Origin: an uncultured Lentisphaeria bacterium
GTDB taxonomy: Bacteria > Verrucomicrobiota > Lentisphaeria > Victivallales > UBA1829
Length of the DNA stretch: 64,000 nucleotides
Direction of reading: 5' to 3'
Assembly (NCBI GenBank): GCA_949287225.1
Contig: CASEFP010000060.1
Coordinates: 487 to 64,486 of the forward strand
Shown: positions 30,165-39,256 of the stretch, one piece after another
How positions within the stretch are numbered: position 1 is the first letter of the stretch
Layout: every line of letters starts with the position of its first letter
Program-made: the position numbers and the translations under genes
The notes under the pieces: model-generated
The model's input: the letters and a program-made list of their open reading frames with translations, nothing else
The model's database searches: none
What the model was told of the DNA's origin: nothing

Positions 30165-31025
30165 TCAGGGGTTCATCAGGGCGAATGCGTATTGTTCCGC
30201 AAGGGCCCGTACAGATTTCAGGGCACGTTCGCGCGCCTCGAAACTCTCGTAAAAGACAAAAAGCGTCGGGCCGCTTCCGCTGACCATGACGCGATTGTTT
30301 ACCGTTTCCAGCTTCCGCTTGAGAATCGCCAGAAGCGGGAATTTTTCCAGCACGGCATATTCCAGATCGTTCCGCAGCAGCGGCACAGCGCGCGCGAAAT
30401 CGGATTCCCGCAGTGCGGCAAGAAGTTCCGCAAGAGAGCGGGTGTCCGCATGCGCCGCCGCATGATTCCGATGACGGTAGCTCCACGCCGCGCTCACGGG
30501 AAAGAGGGGTGCCGCGATCAGGAGCGGCAGATGCGCCGGAATCTCCGAAACAGCTTCCAGACGCTCTCCGACGCCGCGTCCGACCGCGGGAACACAGCGC
30601 AGGAAAAAGGGCACGTCCGCCCCGATTTTCACGGCGAGCGCATCCAGCTCCTCCGGTGCCAGCGCGTTGAAACGGCGCTGCATCAGCTTCAGAACCGCCG
30701 CCGCATCGGAACTGCCTCCGCCCAGACCGGCCGCAACCGGAATGCGTTTGACGAGAGTGATCTCCACGCCGGAAGCAATCCCGGCACGTTCCCGGTAGAG
30801 ACCGGCGGCCTTCCAGCAGAGATTCGACTCATCGGACGGAAGTGCGGCAGTGGAACACGTCATGCGGATTTCCCCGTGCTCCGGAAAGCGCAGCGATACC
30901 GTGTCCGTAATGCCAGCAAGCGGATGGAACAGCGTTTCAATCTCGTGATAGCCGTCCGGGAGCCGGGAGCAGACACGCAGAAAGAGATTGACCTTTCCGG
31001 GCGTCTCCAAAGTGAATGATTCCAT
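30165..31025 (-). CDS. ispE: 4-diphosphocytidyl-2-C-methyl-D-erythritol kinase
   Basis: PGKVNLFL, DGYHEIET, KRIPVAAGLGGGSSDAA, GADVPFF, NDLE and SGSGPT. Confidence 0.97.
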   Translation of the reverse strand: MESFTLETPGKVNLFLRVCSRLPDGYHEIETLFHPLAGITDTVSLRFPEHGEIRMTCSTAALPSDESNLCWKAAGLYRERAGIASGVEITLVKRIPVAAGLGGGSSDAAAVLKLMQRRFNALAPEELDALAVKIGADVPFFLRCVPAVGRGVGERLEAVSEIPAHLPLLIAAPLFPVSAAWSYRHRNHAAAHADTRSLAELLAALRESDFARAVPLLRNDLEYAVLEKFPLLAILKRKLETVNNRVMVSGSGPTLFVFYESFEARERALKSVRALAEQYAFALMNP

Positions 31026-31060
31026 AATGCCGTGCCGATTGCCTTTAAAAAAATTTCACA

Positions 31061-31325
31061 ATGCGATGCTTTGCATCGCAGAAAGTGCTTCGTGCAGGAC
31101 TCTCAGTCCTGCCGCGATCCAGCTGCGCAAGCTGGTCGCCGCAGGCGAAATCCCCGATCCCCGGTGCTCGGCACCGGGGAAGTTCATTAAAAATCTAAAT
31201 CCATCATGCGATGCTCCGCATCGCAGAAAGTGCTTCGTGCGCTCCTTTCAGTCCCGGTGCGGTCCAGCTGCGCAGGCTGACCGCCGCAGGCGAAATCCCC
31301 GATCCCCGGTGCCCTGCACCGGGAT
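31061..31325. repeat. Two tandem copies (31061-31180 and 31206-31325, period 145) of a 120-bp multi-hairpin element
   Basis: Both copies share ATGCGATGCT..GCATCGCAGAAAGTGCTTCGTGC...CCAGCTGCGCA.GCTG..CGCCGCAGGCGAAATCCCCGATCCCCGGTGC...GCACCGGG, separated by an AT-rich 25-nt spacer. Confidence 0.92.
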
Positions 31326-31330
31326 GGTGA

Positions 31331-32332
31331 TTATTTCCGGAAGCGGTAGAGATCGTATTTGCGGTTGTAGGCGTCGATCTCCTCGGTGATCGCGACCGCA
31401 AGCTCCAGTGCGCGCAGTCCCTGCGCACCGGTCACGCGCGGCTGAACGATCATCGGACCTTCCTTGGTCTTCCGTACCGCCTGTACGAAGTCGTTGATCT
31501 CGGCGGCAAGCGCATTCTTCTCGCAGAGATTGACATGCTTGCTGGCGACGCCGAGAAAACTTTTCCGGATGATTTTCCCGGTGCTCTTGGCGTAATCCAT
31601 CGAGATGTAGGAGTCGGTCTGGAAGACGCGGAACTTCCGCATGGGCTCGGTGCTGACGCGGCTGGCCGTCACATTGGCGACGGTGCCGTTCTTGAACTTG
31701 ATGCGGACGTTCGCAATGTCCTCGGTCTTGCTCATGACCGGCATTCCGACGGCATCGAAGCGCTCCACATCGCTGCCGACCATCGTCAGCACGAGATCCA
31801 GATCGTGGATCATCAGGTCCAGCACGACGCTGACCTCCGTCCCGCGCCGATGCAGTCCGGGGCGCGGCGGCGGATATTTCGCCAGGCGGTGCGCCTCGAT
31901 GAACAGCGTGTTGGAACGGTTTTTCTCGAGAAAATCCATCGCGGCATTGAAGCGCTCGACATGTCCGACGCCGAACACGAGATTGCGCATTTCGGCTTCC
32001 CGGACCATCCTGCGCGCCTCCTCGACGGTCGCCGCAATCGGTTTTTCCATCAGGATGTGCCTGCCCATTTCAATCAGAGGCATTGCGGTCTCATAGTGGC
32101 TGGTCGCGGGAACAGCGACGGTCAGCGCGTCGCATTGCTCCGCCAGCGCGGTGACGGTGTCGAATGCGGGGACGCCGTACTCTTTCCCGACATCCGCAGC
32201 GGCTCCCGGTGAAACGTCATAGACGCCGACCAGCTCAACGTCCGGATTGGCCTTGTAAAGTCTCGTGTGATGGTGTCCCAGAACGCCGACGCCGACCACG
32301 CCGACCCTGATCTTGTCTTTTTTTCCGAACAT
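31331..32332 (-). CDS. Gfo/Idh/MocA oxidoreductase, GnnA (UDP-GlcNAc 3-dehydrogenase)-like
   Basis: GVVGVGVLGHHH, MEKPIA, VGHVERFN, VVLDLMIHDLD and ANVTASRVS. Confidence 0.85.
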   Translation of the reverse strand: MFGKKDKIRVGVVGVGVLGHHHTRLYKANPDVELVGVYDVSPGAAADVGKEYGVPAFDTVTALAEQCDALTVAVPATSHYETAMPLIEMGRHILMEKPIAATVEEARRMVREAEMRNLVFGVGHVERFNAAMDFLEKNRSNTLFIEAHRLAKYPPPRPGLHRRGTEVSVVLDLMIHDLDLVLTMVGSDVERFDAVGMPVMSKTEDIANVRIKFKNGTVANVTASRVSTEPMRKFRVFQTDSYISMDYAKSTGKIIRKSFLGVASKHVNLCEKNALAAEINDFVQAVRKTKEGPMIVQPRVTGAQGLRALELAVAITEEIDAYNRKYDLYRFRK

Positions 32333-32355
32333 GGAAGCCTCCGGAGCAGTGTTTT

Positions 32356-32967
32356 TCAGAGGGATTTCGCCAGCGCGACGGCCTTGCGGATGCCTTCGGC
32401 GTCCGCCTTGTTGAGCCAGGTTCCGCCAGCCGCGGCGACCTCCGGAACGGCCAGCCAGTCGCCGGCGTTGTCGATCGTGACGCCGCCGGTCGGCATGAAC
32501 TTGATCCCGAGGTGCTTGTAGGGCGCGGCGATGGACTTGAGCATCTTGATTCCGCCCGCTGCCTCCGCCGGGAAGAATTTGAAGAAGCGGCAGCCGAGCT
32601 CATACGCCTGCTCGATTTCCGACGGCGTGCAGATGCCCGGGGCAAACGCGTAGGAGCATTTCAGAGCCTCTTTGACGACGGTCGGATTGAATCCCGGCGC
32701 GACGGCGAATTTCGCGCCCGCGTCGAACGCCCGGTGCAGATCCGCGGTATTGAGCACGGTTCCCGCGCCGAGGAACATCTCCGGGAAGCGTCTGGACGCC
32801 TCGCGGATCACCGACTCCGCCGCAGCGGTGCGGAAGGTGATTTCCGCGACGGGAAGGCCGCATTCGCAGAGAAGTTCGCAGCGTTTCAGGCCGCTTTCAA
32901 GGTCTTCGAGAACCAGAACGGGGATGATTTTGTATTGCGCGAGGGTTTCGCCGATGGATGCCGTCAT
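32356..32967 (-). CDS. eda: KDPG/KHG aldolase
   Basis: EITFRT, GAGTVL, PSEIE, KFFPAEAAGG and PTGGV. Confidence 0.96.
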   Translation of the reverse strand: MTASIGETLAQYKIIPVLVLEDLESGLKRCELLCECGLPVAEITFRTAAAESVIREASRRFPEMFLGAGTVLNTADLHRAFDAGAKFAVAPGFNPTVVKEALKCSYAFAPGICTPSEIEQAYELGCRFFKFFPAEAAGGIKMLKSIAAPYKHLGIKFMPTGGVTIDNAGDWLAVPEVAAAGGTWLNKADAEGIRKAVALAKSL

Positions 32968-33018
32968 TTTTCACTCCTCAAGAATGTTGGTTGTATGTTG
33001 CAGTTTCCCTACCTGCGG

Positions 33019-33047
33019 AATATACCATTGCCTTTGCCGTTTTGCAA
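33019..33047 (-). promoter_or_regulatory. Putative sigma70 promoter of the eda operon
   Basis: Minus strand TTGCAA (33047-33042)-N17-TATATT (33024-33019) with a TG extended -10. Confidence 0.55.
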
Positions 33048-33095
33048 TTTCAAAAACGACAGTGCGGGCGATTTTTTCCACATCGCCCCCGGCAG

Positions 33096-33124
33096 AAAAA
33101 ATCCCCGCCGCAGGGACGGGGATT
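33096..33124 (-). terminator. Intrinsic terminator after flotillin
   Basis: Minus strand AATCCCCG-TCCCTGCGG-CGGGGATT followed by TTTT. Confidence 0.75.
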
Positions 33125-33148
33125 CCGGAAAACAGCTGGAAAGCAGGA

Positions 33149-34786
33149 TTATGCCTGCGGAGCAGTGTCTTTCTCCTGCGGGGCGCTCTCCTCCCCTTTG
33201 AGCTTCCCGAGATAGCCGGGCAGGTCGATTCCCGCCATGCCCGCCACATCGTGAAGCGGCGGAATGCTCTGCATCATGCCGCTGAGGAAATTGGCCGTGG
33301 AAGTCTTGCCGTTCACCTGGCTTCCACCGTCCCAGACCGTGACCTTGTCGATCCTGATGTTCCGGATCGCCTCGGTCTGGAGCTTGACCAGTTCCTCGAG
33401 TTTTTCGATGAGGAGCATCTTCCCCGCCGCGTCGGCATTGCCGTTGCAGGAGGCGATGATCTGGTTGTAGCCTTCGCCCTTGGCCTTGAGGATTTCGTAA
33501 TTTCCGCGCGCCTCGGCTTCGAGCTTGGCATAGATCGCGTCCGCTTCGCCCTTGGCTTCGCGTCTGCGCTTCTCGGCTTCGGCCTCCGCCTGAATGACCA
33601 CCTGTTCCTTTTCAATTTCAGCATGGACAAGCGTTTCGGCCTTCTGCTTTTCGGTCTCCATCTTTGCGCGGGCGATCTGGGCGAGCATTTCCGCCTCGTA
33701 ATCGGCCTGTTTGATCTTGGCTTCGGCAATGCGCTTGGCGGCTTCGGCCTGGCGGTAGGCGTCGGCCTCGTTTTCCGCTCTCGTCGCATTGGACTTTGCA
33801 ATCTCGATCGCGGAGACGTTTTCACCTTCGATCGCGAGGGCTTCCGCCTGCTTGATGGAAATGCGGCGCTCCTTGTCGGCGTTGGCTTCGCCGATCTGCG
33901 CCTCGGCCTCCGCCTGCTTGATGGCGATGCGGCGCTGCTTGTCGGCATCGGCCTCTCCGGACTGCGCCTGGGCTTCCGCCTGGGTCACGGCGATGCGGCG
34001 TTCGCGGTCGGCGTTGGCCTCTCCGGCCTGCGCCTCGGCTTCCGCCTGGGAGACGGCGATGCGCTGGGCCTTGCGCGCCTCGGCTTCACCGATTCCGCCC
34101 TTGCGTTCCTCTTCAGCGACCTCGATACGGGCCTTGTTGATGGCTTCCGACGCGGCGCGTTTTCCGATTGCGTCGATGTATCCGCTCTCGTCGGTGATGT
34201 CGGTGATGTTGACGTTCAGGAGGAGCAGTCCGATCTTGTTGAGCTCCTCGGCGACGTTCTGCTCAATGCTGCGGAGGAAGGTTTCGCGGTCGGAGTTGAT
34301 CTGTTCGATCGTCATCGAGGCGATCACCAGACGCAGCTGACCGAAGATGATGTCCTTGGCGAGTTCGCCGATGGCGTCGGGCTGGAGTCCGAGCAGGCGG
34401 TTGGCCGCGTTGCCCATCAGCGTCTCGTCCGTGCTGACGCCGACCGTGAAGACCGAGGGCACGTTGATGCGGATGTTCTGTTTGCAGAGGGCGTTGCGCA
34501 GATTCACCTCCAGCTGGATCGGGCGCAGCGAAAGGAAGCCGTAATCCTGGATGACCGGCCAGATGAACGCCGTTCCGCCGTGGATGCAGCGCGCGGCGTG
34601 TTTTGTCGCCTTGTCCCGGTGGAAGACCTGCGAGCCGTAGATGACCATGATCCGGTCGGACGGGCACTTCTTGATCCGGGCGAGCACGCTGATTAGGACG
34701 GCAAACGCCACAAAGACGACGATGACGGTGAGGAGAATCACTCCGCCTCCGATCTGCTGGACTGCAAGCGATGGAATAAAATCCAT
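33149..34786 (-). CDS. Flotillin / SPFH-domain protein (FloT/YqiK-like)
   Basis: N-terminal TM helix, SPFH domain (GQLRLVIASMTIEQINSDR, NVNITDITDESGY), EA-rich coiled coil and IDKVTVWD. Confidence 0.93.
   Translation of the reverse strand: MDFIPSLAVQQIGGGVILLTVIVVFVAFAVLISVLARIKKCPSDRIMVIYGSQVFHRDKATKHAARCIHGGTAFIWPVIQDYGFLSLRPIQLEVNLRNALCKQNIRINVPSVFTVGVSTDETLMGNAANRLLGLQPDAIGELAKDIIFGQLRLVIASMTIEQINSDRETFLRSIEQNVAEELNKIGLLLLNVNITDITDESGYIDAIGKRAASEAINKARIEVAEEERKGGIGEAEARKAQRIAVSQAEAEAQAGEANADRERRIAVTQAEAQAQSGEADADKQRRIAIKQAEAEAQIGEANADKERRISIKQAEALAIEGENVSAIEIAKSNATRAENEADAYRQAEAAKRIAEAKIKQADYEAEMLAQIARAKMETEKQKAETLVHAEIEKEQVVIQAEAEAEKRRREAKGEADAIYAKLEAEARGNYEILKAKGEGYNQIIASCNGNADAAGKMLLIEKLEELVKLQTEAIRNIRIDKVTVWDGGSQVNGKTSTANFLSGMMQSIPPLHDVAGMAGIDLPGYLGKLKGEESAPQEKDTAPQA
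33841..34104 (-). repeat. Four 66-bp (22-aa) tandem repeats within flotillin
   Basis: Units start at 33841, 33907, 33973 and 34039. Protein consensus is roughly GEA.ADK.RRIA(I/V).QAEA.AQ. Confidence 0.85.
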
Positions 34787-34824
34787 GTGCGACTCCTTTT
34801 ATGTTTTTATGTTGTTCAGGGTTT

Positions 34825-35418
34825 TCACTGCGCTTTCTTCACAAGAAAATGCTGCCCGTCGATGGATTTCACCACCACGATCGGGGTTCCGGTTGGAATC
34901 GGCTCCTCCGCGACGGCGGAAAGTTCATGCGTGGCGCCTCCGCAGGAGACCACAACCTTTCCCGCTTCCGTCACGCCGCCGGGAATGCTCAGATATACCG
35001 TTCCGCTGCGCCCGGCGAAATCCTCCGGCCTGACGTTGCCGCTGCTCTGAAGGCGCATCGTGAAGTAAAGAATGGAAGCGGTGATCAGCATCGTAACAAA
35101 TCCGCAGGCCAGCGCGAGCAGGAATCCGGAAATGCCGCGGCTCCCCCAGATGACACCGCCCCAGCCGAAGACGGTCAGAAACGCAAGGATCGAGCGGAGG
35201 GAAAAGAGTTTGAAGTCCAGATACCCGGTGTCCGCGTGATCCAGGACCGAACCGTCCGCATCGAAATCGGCGTGATCAATCCCACCGAGACCGAACAGAC
35301 TTAAAAGACAGATGATTCCGAAAAAGAGCGTCCCGGCAATCGCGAGAACCCAGTATGCCGTCATTGCCCGCGCGCCCGCAAGAAAATTCCCGACTTCGCT
35401 CAGAATGCTTTCGATCAT
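34825..35418 (-). CDS. NfeD-like membrane protein (flotillin partner)
   Basis: Three TM helices plus an OB-like tail GRSGTVYLSIP...GKV...IPTGTPIVVV, directly upstream of flotillin. Confidence 0.85.
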   Translation of the reverse strand: MIESILSEVGNFLAGARAMTAYWVLAIAGTLFFGIICLLSLFGLGGIDHADFDADGSVLDHADTGYLDFKLFSLRSILAFLTVFGWGGVIWGSRGISGFLLALACGFVTMLITASILYFTMRLQSSGNVRPEDFAGRSGTVYLSIPGGVTEAGKVVVSCGGATHELSAVAEEPIPTGTPIVVVKSIDGQHFLVKKAQ

Positions 35419-35495
35419 TCCGTTTCTCCCCTTGGTTGAAAATCGCTCTGTTTTCCGCTCTCTTTACGAATAGCATAACGCGGGTTTTGCAATTT

Positions 35496-35837
35496 TCAAG
35501 TGCGGAACATGAAATAAACCGCACCGACCAGGCAGAGGCCCGCCCAGATGAAGTCGAGCTTGAACCCCTCCTTCATGTAGAAGATGGAAAAGGGCACGAA
35601 CACCGAAAGGGTGATGACCTCCTGCAGGATCTTCAGCTGCGCAAGCGAGAGCTGCGTGTAGCCGATCCGGTTCGCCGGCACCTGGATCATGTACTCGAAA
35701 AACGCGATTCCCCAGCTTGCCAGCGCGGCGATGAACCAGGGCTTCGCGGACATGTTCTTGAGGTGCGCATACCACGCGAACGTCATGAACAGATTGGAAC
35801 AGATCAGCAGAGAAACCGTTTTTACAATGACCGGCAT
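35496..35837 (-). CDS. DMT-superfamily small membrane protein (DUF486-like)
   Basis: SNLFMTFAWYAHLK, SWGIAFFEY, QVPANRIG and QLKILQEVITL. Confidence 0.9.
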   Translation of the reverse strand: MPVIVKTVSLLICSNLFMTFAWYAHLKNMSAKPWFIAALASWGIAFFEYMIQVPANRIGYTQLSLAQLKILQEVITLSVFVPFSIFYMKEGFKLDFIWAGLCLVGAVYFMFRT

Positions 35838-36028
35838 GATGACGTGCAATCTCCCTTGATGGATGAATCGTTATTTTCAAAGTGTGTAAATATCGTCATT
35901 TTTCCGTGAAAATCAAGGAAAGAACTTGAGATAATCGGGAAATTGTGGTAAATTATAAGGTTATGCCGGTAAAAAACGGAATTGAGACGCAACGGATTGA
36001 CAACATATTCAAGATAAGGATGAAAAAT

Positions 36029-37099
36029 ATGCCACTGGATGACCTGCGGAAGAAGATTGATGAAATCGACGCGAAAATCGTAGCCCTGCTCAACGAACGC
36101 TATCAGACCGTGATCGAAGTCGGGCGCAGGAAAAAGAACTCCCTCGGGGCGATCTACGTGCCGGAACGGGAAAAAATCGTGTTTGAAAAGGTCGCCGCGC
36201 TCAATCAGGGGCCGATGACACAGACAACTCTCAAGGCGGTCTACCGCGAAATCATGTCCGGCGCGCTCGCACTTGAGCATCCGCTGAACATCGCCTATCT
36301 CGGACCGGAAGGGTCGTTCACCCATCTGGCGGCGGTCTCCAAGTTCGGACACAGCGTCGCATATGTGCCCAAGGGCAACATCGACGACATCTTCGCGGAC
36401 GTCCACAACGGGCGCGCCGACTACGGATGCGTCCCGGTTGAGAACTCCACCGAGGGCGTTGTCTCGCACACGCTCGACATCTTCGTCAATTCCGACGCGA
36501 AGATCTGCGCGGAAATCAATCTGCGCGTCCATCACTCCCTGCTCTCGAAATTCCCGATGAAGTCGATCCGGAAGCTTTACAGCCACGTGCAGTCCCTCAG
36601 CCAGTGCCGCGCATGGATCAGCGAATATCTGCCGGACGTCGAAATCCATGAATGCTCCAGCAACTCCCGCGCCGCCGCGACAGCCGCGGAGGAACCCGAT
36701 TCCGCCGCCATCGCCGGCTGTTTCGCCGGAGAGATCTACGGCCTCAATGTCCTGGCCCAGAACATCGAGGACAACCCGAACAACACGACCCGCTTCCTTG
36801 TGCTCGGCAACCAGATGCCGCTGCCGACCGGCAACGACAAGACCTCGATCTGCTTTGCGATCAAGGACCGCGTCGGCGTTCTCTATGACGCGCTTCTCCC
36901 GTTCAAGAACGAGGGAATCACGCTCACGATGATCGAAAGCCGCCCCTCCAAGGTGCAGAACTGGGAATATTACTTCTTCATCGACCTGCTCGGTCATATC
37001 GAGGATGAAAAAGTCAAACGGGCGATCGAATATCTGCGCCCGCAGACGCAGGCGCTCCGCGTGCTGGGAAGCTATCCCTGCGGCGACGAGGCAATCTGA
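36029..37099 (+). CDS. pheA: Bifunctional chorismate mutase/prephenate dehydratase (P-protein)
   Basis: LDDLRKKIDEID (CM), AYLGPEGSFT, PVENSTEG, NTTRFLV and the ACT motif IESRP. Alternative start 36020. Confidence 0.97.
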   Translation: MPLDDLRKKIDEIDAKIVALLNERYQTVIEVGRRKKNSLGAIYVPEREKIVFEKVAALNQGPMTQTTLKAVYREIMSGALALEHPLNIAYLGPEGSFTHLAAVSKFGHSVAYVPKGNIDDIFADVHNGRADYGCVPVENSTEGVVSHTLDIFVNSDAKICAEINLRVHHSLLSKFPMKSIRKLYSHVQSLSQCRAWISEYLPDVEIHECSSNSRAAATAAEEPDSAAIAGCFAGEIYGLNVLAQNIEDNPNNTTRFLVLGNQMPLPTGNDKTSICFAIKDRVGVLYDALLPFKNEGITLTMIESRPSKVQNWEYYFFIDLLGHIEDEKVKRAIEYLRPQTQALRVLGSYPCGDEAI

Positions 37100-37142
37100 G
37101 ACTTGCGGCGGAAGATCAAGCAGGAAAGCGTGAAAGAAAATC

Positions 37143-37943
37143 ATGGATACGACAAAAGCTCTCGTCATTAAAAACGCAACCTTGAAACTCGAAGGCCACG
37201 AAATACTCCACGACTTCAACTGGGAGGTCGAACGCGGGGAACACTGGTTCATCCTCGGCCCGAACGGAGCAGGGAAAACAACGCTGGTCAAAATGATCCT
37301 CGGCATGGCGTGGCCGCTCTTCGGCGCGGAGGTGAGCGTGCTCGGCAACCGCTACGGAGCCTGCGACATCACCGAGGTGAGAAAGAAAGTCGCCTGGGCA
37401 AGCCCCTTTCTCCAGGCGTGGACAGCGGACACGACCATCCGCTGGAAAACCATCGACGTGGCACTCTCGGGACTGGATTCGACCGTCGGATTCTACCGCA
37501 AGGCGTCCGATGAAGAAATGGAACTCGCCATGACCGCGCTCGACAGGATCGGCGCGAAACATCTGGCGGACCGCTATTTCGACCGACTCTCCTCCGGCGA
37601 ACAGATCAAGGCGCTCATCGCGCGCGCCCTGATCGCAAAACCCGAGCTGGTGATCCTCGATGAAACATGCGTCTACCTCGACCTCAAGAGCCGGGAGTAT
37701 CTTCTGGAGGCGATCGACGGGCTCGCGGAAGCGGAAAACTCTCCGACGATGCTTTTCATCACGCAGCGGATCGAGGAGATCACCGCCAGTTTCGACCGCG
37801 GCATCATCCTCGGCGACGGCAGAATCACAAAGTGCGGCCTGCGCGCGGACGTTCTGAACGAAGCCAATCTGAGCGAAGCCTTCGGTATTCCGATCAAACT
37901 CTATCCGCGCCCCGACGGCCGGCTCTGGCCGGTCCTCGGCTGA
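37143..37943 (+). CDS. Stand-alone ABC ATP-binding protein (ModF/YlmA-like)
   Basis: GEHWFILGPNGAGKTTL, LSSGEQ and ILDE; the H-loop reads ITQR. No permease gene is adjacent. Confidence 0.88.
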   Translation: MDTTKALVIKNATLKLEGHEILHDFNWEVERGEHWFILGPNGAGKTTLVKMILGMAWPLFGAEVSVLGNRYGACDITEVRKKVAWASPFLQAWTADTTIRWKTIDVALSGLDSTVGFYRKASDEEMELAMTALDRIGAKHLADRYFDRLSSGEQIKALIARALIAKPELVILDETCVYLDLKSREYLLEAIDGLAEAENSPTMLFITQRIEEITASFDRGIILGDGRITKCGLRADVLNEANLSEAFGIPIKLYPRPDGRLWPVLG

Positions 37944-37961
37944 CACACTCCGGAAACGCCG

Positions 37962-39155
37962 ATGAAAGAGGAACTGCGCCAATTCCACGCGTTCGGAAGC
38001 GCGACGGAATGCTCTTTCACGGCAGTCCCGGAGCTGAAGCGGGAAGTTGCAACCTTCACAAACGAGTTCTGGACCTCCGCCCAGCGCGCCTGTCACTCGC
38101 TGCATGAAATCTCCTACCGCGCCTGTTTCAAGCCGCAGCTTCCGGCCTTCTTCATCGAGCGCCTGACCAGGCCGGGCGAAACGGTCTACGATCCCTTCAT
38201 GGGACGCGGCACCACGCCGCTGGAGGCCGCGCTTTCCGGACGCGTCCCGGCGGGATGCGACGTCAATCCGCTGAGCGCTCTTCTGCTTTCGCCGCGCCTC
38301 GCCCCCCCTCCCCTGCATGAGATTGAGGAGCGTCTGCGTTCGCTGGACCTCGGATGGGACGGCGCGATTCCCGAAGAGCTGCTCGTCTTTTATCACGAGG
38401 AGACGCTGCGCGGACTCTGCGCGCTGCGCTCCTATTTCAACAGTCACAAGCCAGACAAAGTCGATGCGTGGCTCCGGATGGTCGCGCTCAACCGACTCAC
38501 GGGACACTCGGCGGGATTCTTTTCGGTCTACACGCTTCCGCCGAATCAGGCGGTCTCCGTGGAGTCACAGCGGAAGATCAACGAAAAGCGCCGTCAGACA
38601 CCGCCCCGGCGCGACGTGAAAGGGATTCTTCTCAAAAAAAGCCGTGCGCTCCTCAGAGACTGCACGCGGGAGGATCGGCAGAGGCTGGAGGCACTCCCTC
38701 ATGGCTGGATTCTGACGGGGAGTTCCGATCAGACACCGCAGATTCCCGACGCAGCCGTCTCGCTGGTCGTGACCTCGCCGCCGTTTCTGGACATCGTGGA
38801 CTACAGGCAGGACAACTGGCTGCGCTCATGGTTCGCCGCAATTGATCCCGATACCGTTTCCGTCACAATGGAACGGACGCTTTCCGGCTGGAAAAAGGCG
38901 ATGAGCGCGGTCTTCCGCGAGCTCGCGCGCGTTGTGAAACCCGGCGGCCATGTGGCATTCGAAGTGGGAGAGGTGCGCCATGGCTCCATCCGTCTTGAGG
39001 AGCATGTCGTCCCCTGCGGCGCGGAAGCCGGATTTGTTCCGGATCTGATCCTGATCAACCGTCAGCGCTTCACCAAGACGGCAAACTGCTGGGGAATTTC
39101 CAACAACACGCAAGGCACCAATACGAACCGGATCGTGCTCTTTCACCGCGACTGA
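37962..39155 (+). CDS. Orphan amino-type DNA methyltransferase (probably N4-cytosine, alpha motif order)
   Basis: SAM-binding motif I DPFMGRGTT near the N terminus, catalytic motif IV TSPPF near the C terminus, and RVVKPGG. Confidence 0.88.
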   Translation: MKEELRQFHAFGSATECSFTAVPELKREVATFTNEFWTSAQRACHSLHEISYRACFKPQLPAFFIERLTRPGETVYDPFMGRGTTPLEAALSGRVPAGCDVNPLSALLLSPRLAPPPLHEIEERLRSLDLGWDGAIPEELLVFYHEETLRGLCALRSYFNSHKPDKVDAWLRMVALNRLTGHSAGFFSVYTLPPNQAVSVESQRKINEKRRQTPPRRDVKGILLKKSRALLRDCTREDRQRLEALPHGWILTGSSDQTPQIPDAAVSLVVTSPPFLDIVDYRQDNWLRSWFAAIDPDTVSVTMERTLSGWKKAMSAVFRELARVVKPGGHVAFEVGEVRHGSIRLEEHVVPCGAEAGFVPDLILINRQRFTKTANCWGISNNTQGTNTNRIVLFHRD

Positions 39156-39188
39156 ATCCGCACCGGAGAGACACGAAAAAGCCGGGCG

Positions 39189-39232
39189 GAAAAAAACGGG
39201 GCACAGCCGTTTCCGGCGTGTCCCGTTTTTTC
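39189..39232. terminator. Bidirectional intrinsic terminator
   Basis: GAAAAAAACGGGGCAC(A)GCCG-TTTC-CGGCGTGTCCCGTTTTTTC between convergent genes. Confidence 0.8.
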
Positions 39233-39256
39233 ATTTTCCGTTTCCGGAAAGGCGCT

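Noticed and set aside
31061-31325. Possible CRISPR array, tandem glycine or TPP riboswitch, or hammerhead ribozyme
   Set aside because: There are only two 120-bp units and no cas genes. The glycine aptamer core is absent, CTGAGA occurs in one copy only, and there is no CUGANGA/GAAA core.
32672-34696. 674-aa + strand ORF with GLRLGFRL repeats
   Set aside because: It is the antisense reading of the flotillin 66-bp repeats.
37962-39155. Restriction-modification or defence island
   Set aside because: No endonuclease, specificity subunit or mobility gene is nearby, and the flanks are housekeeping genes.
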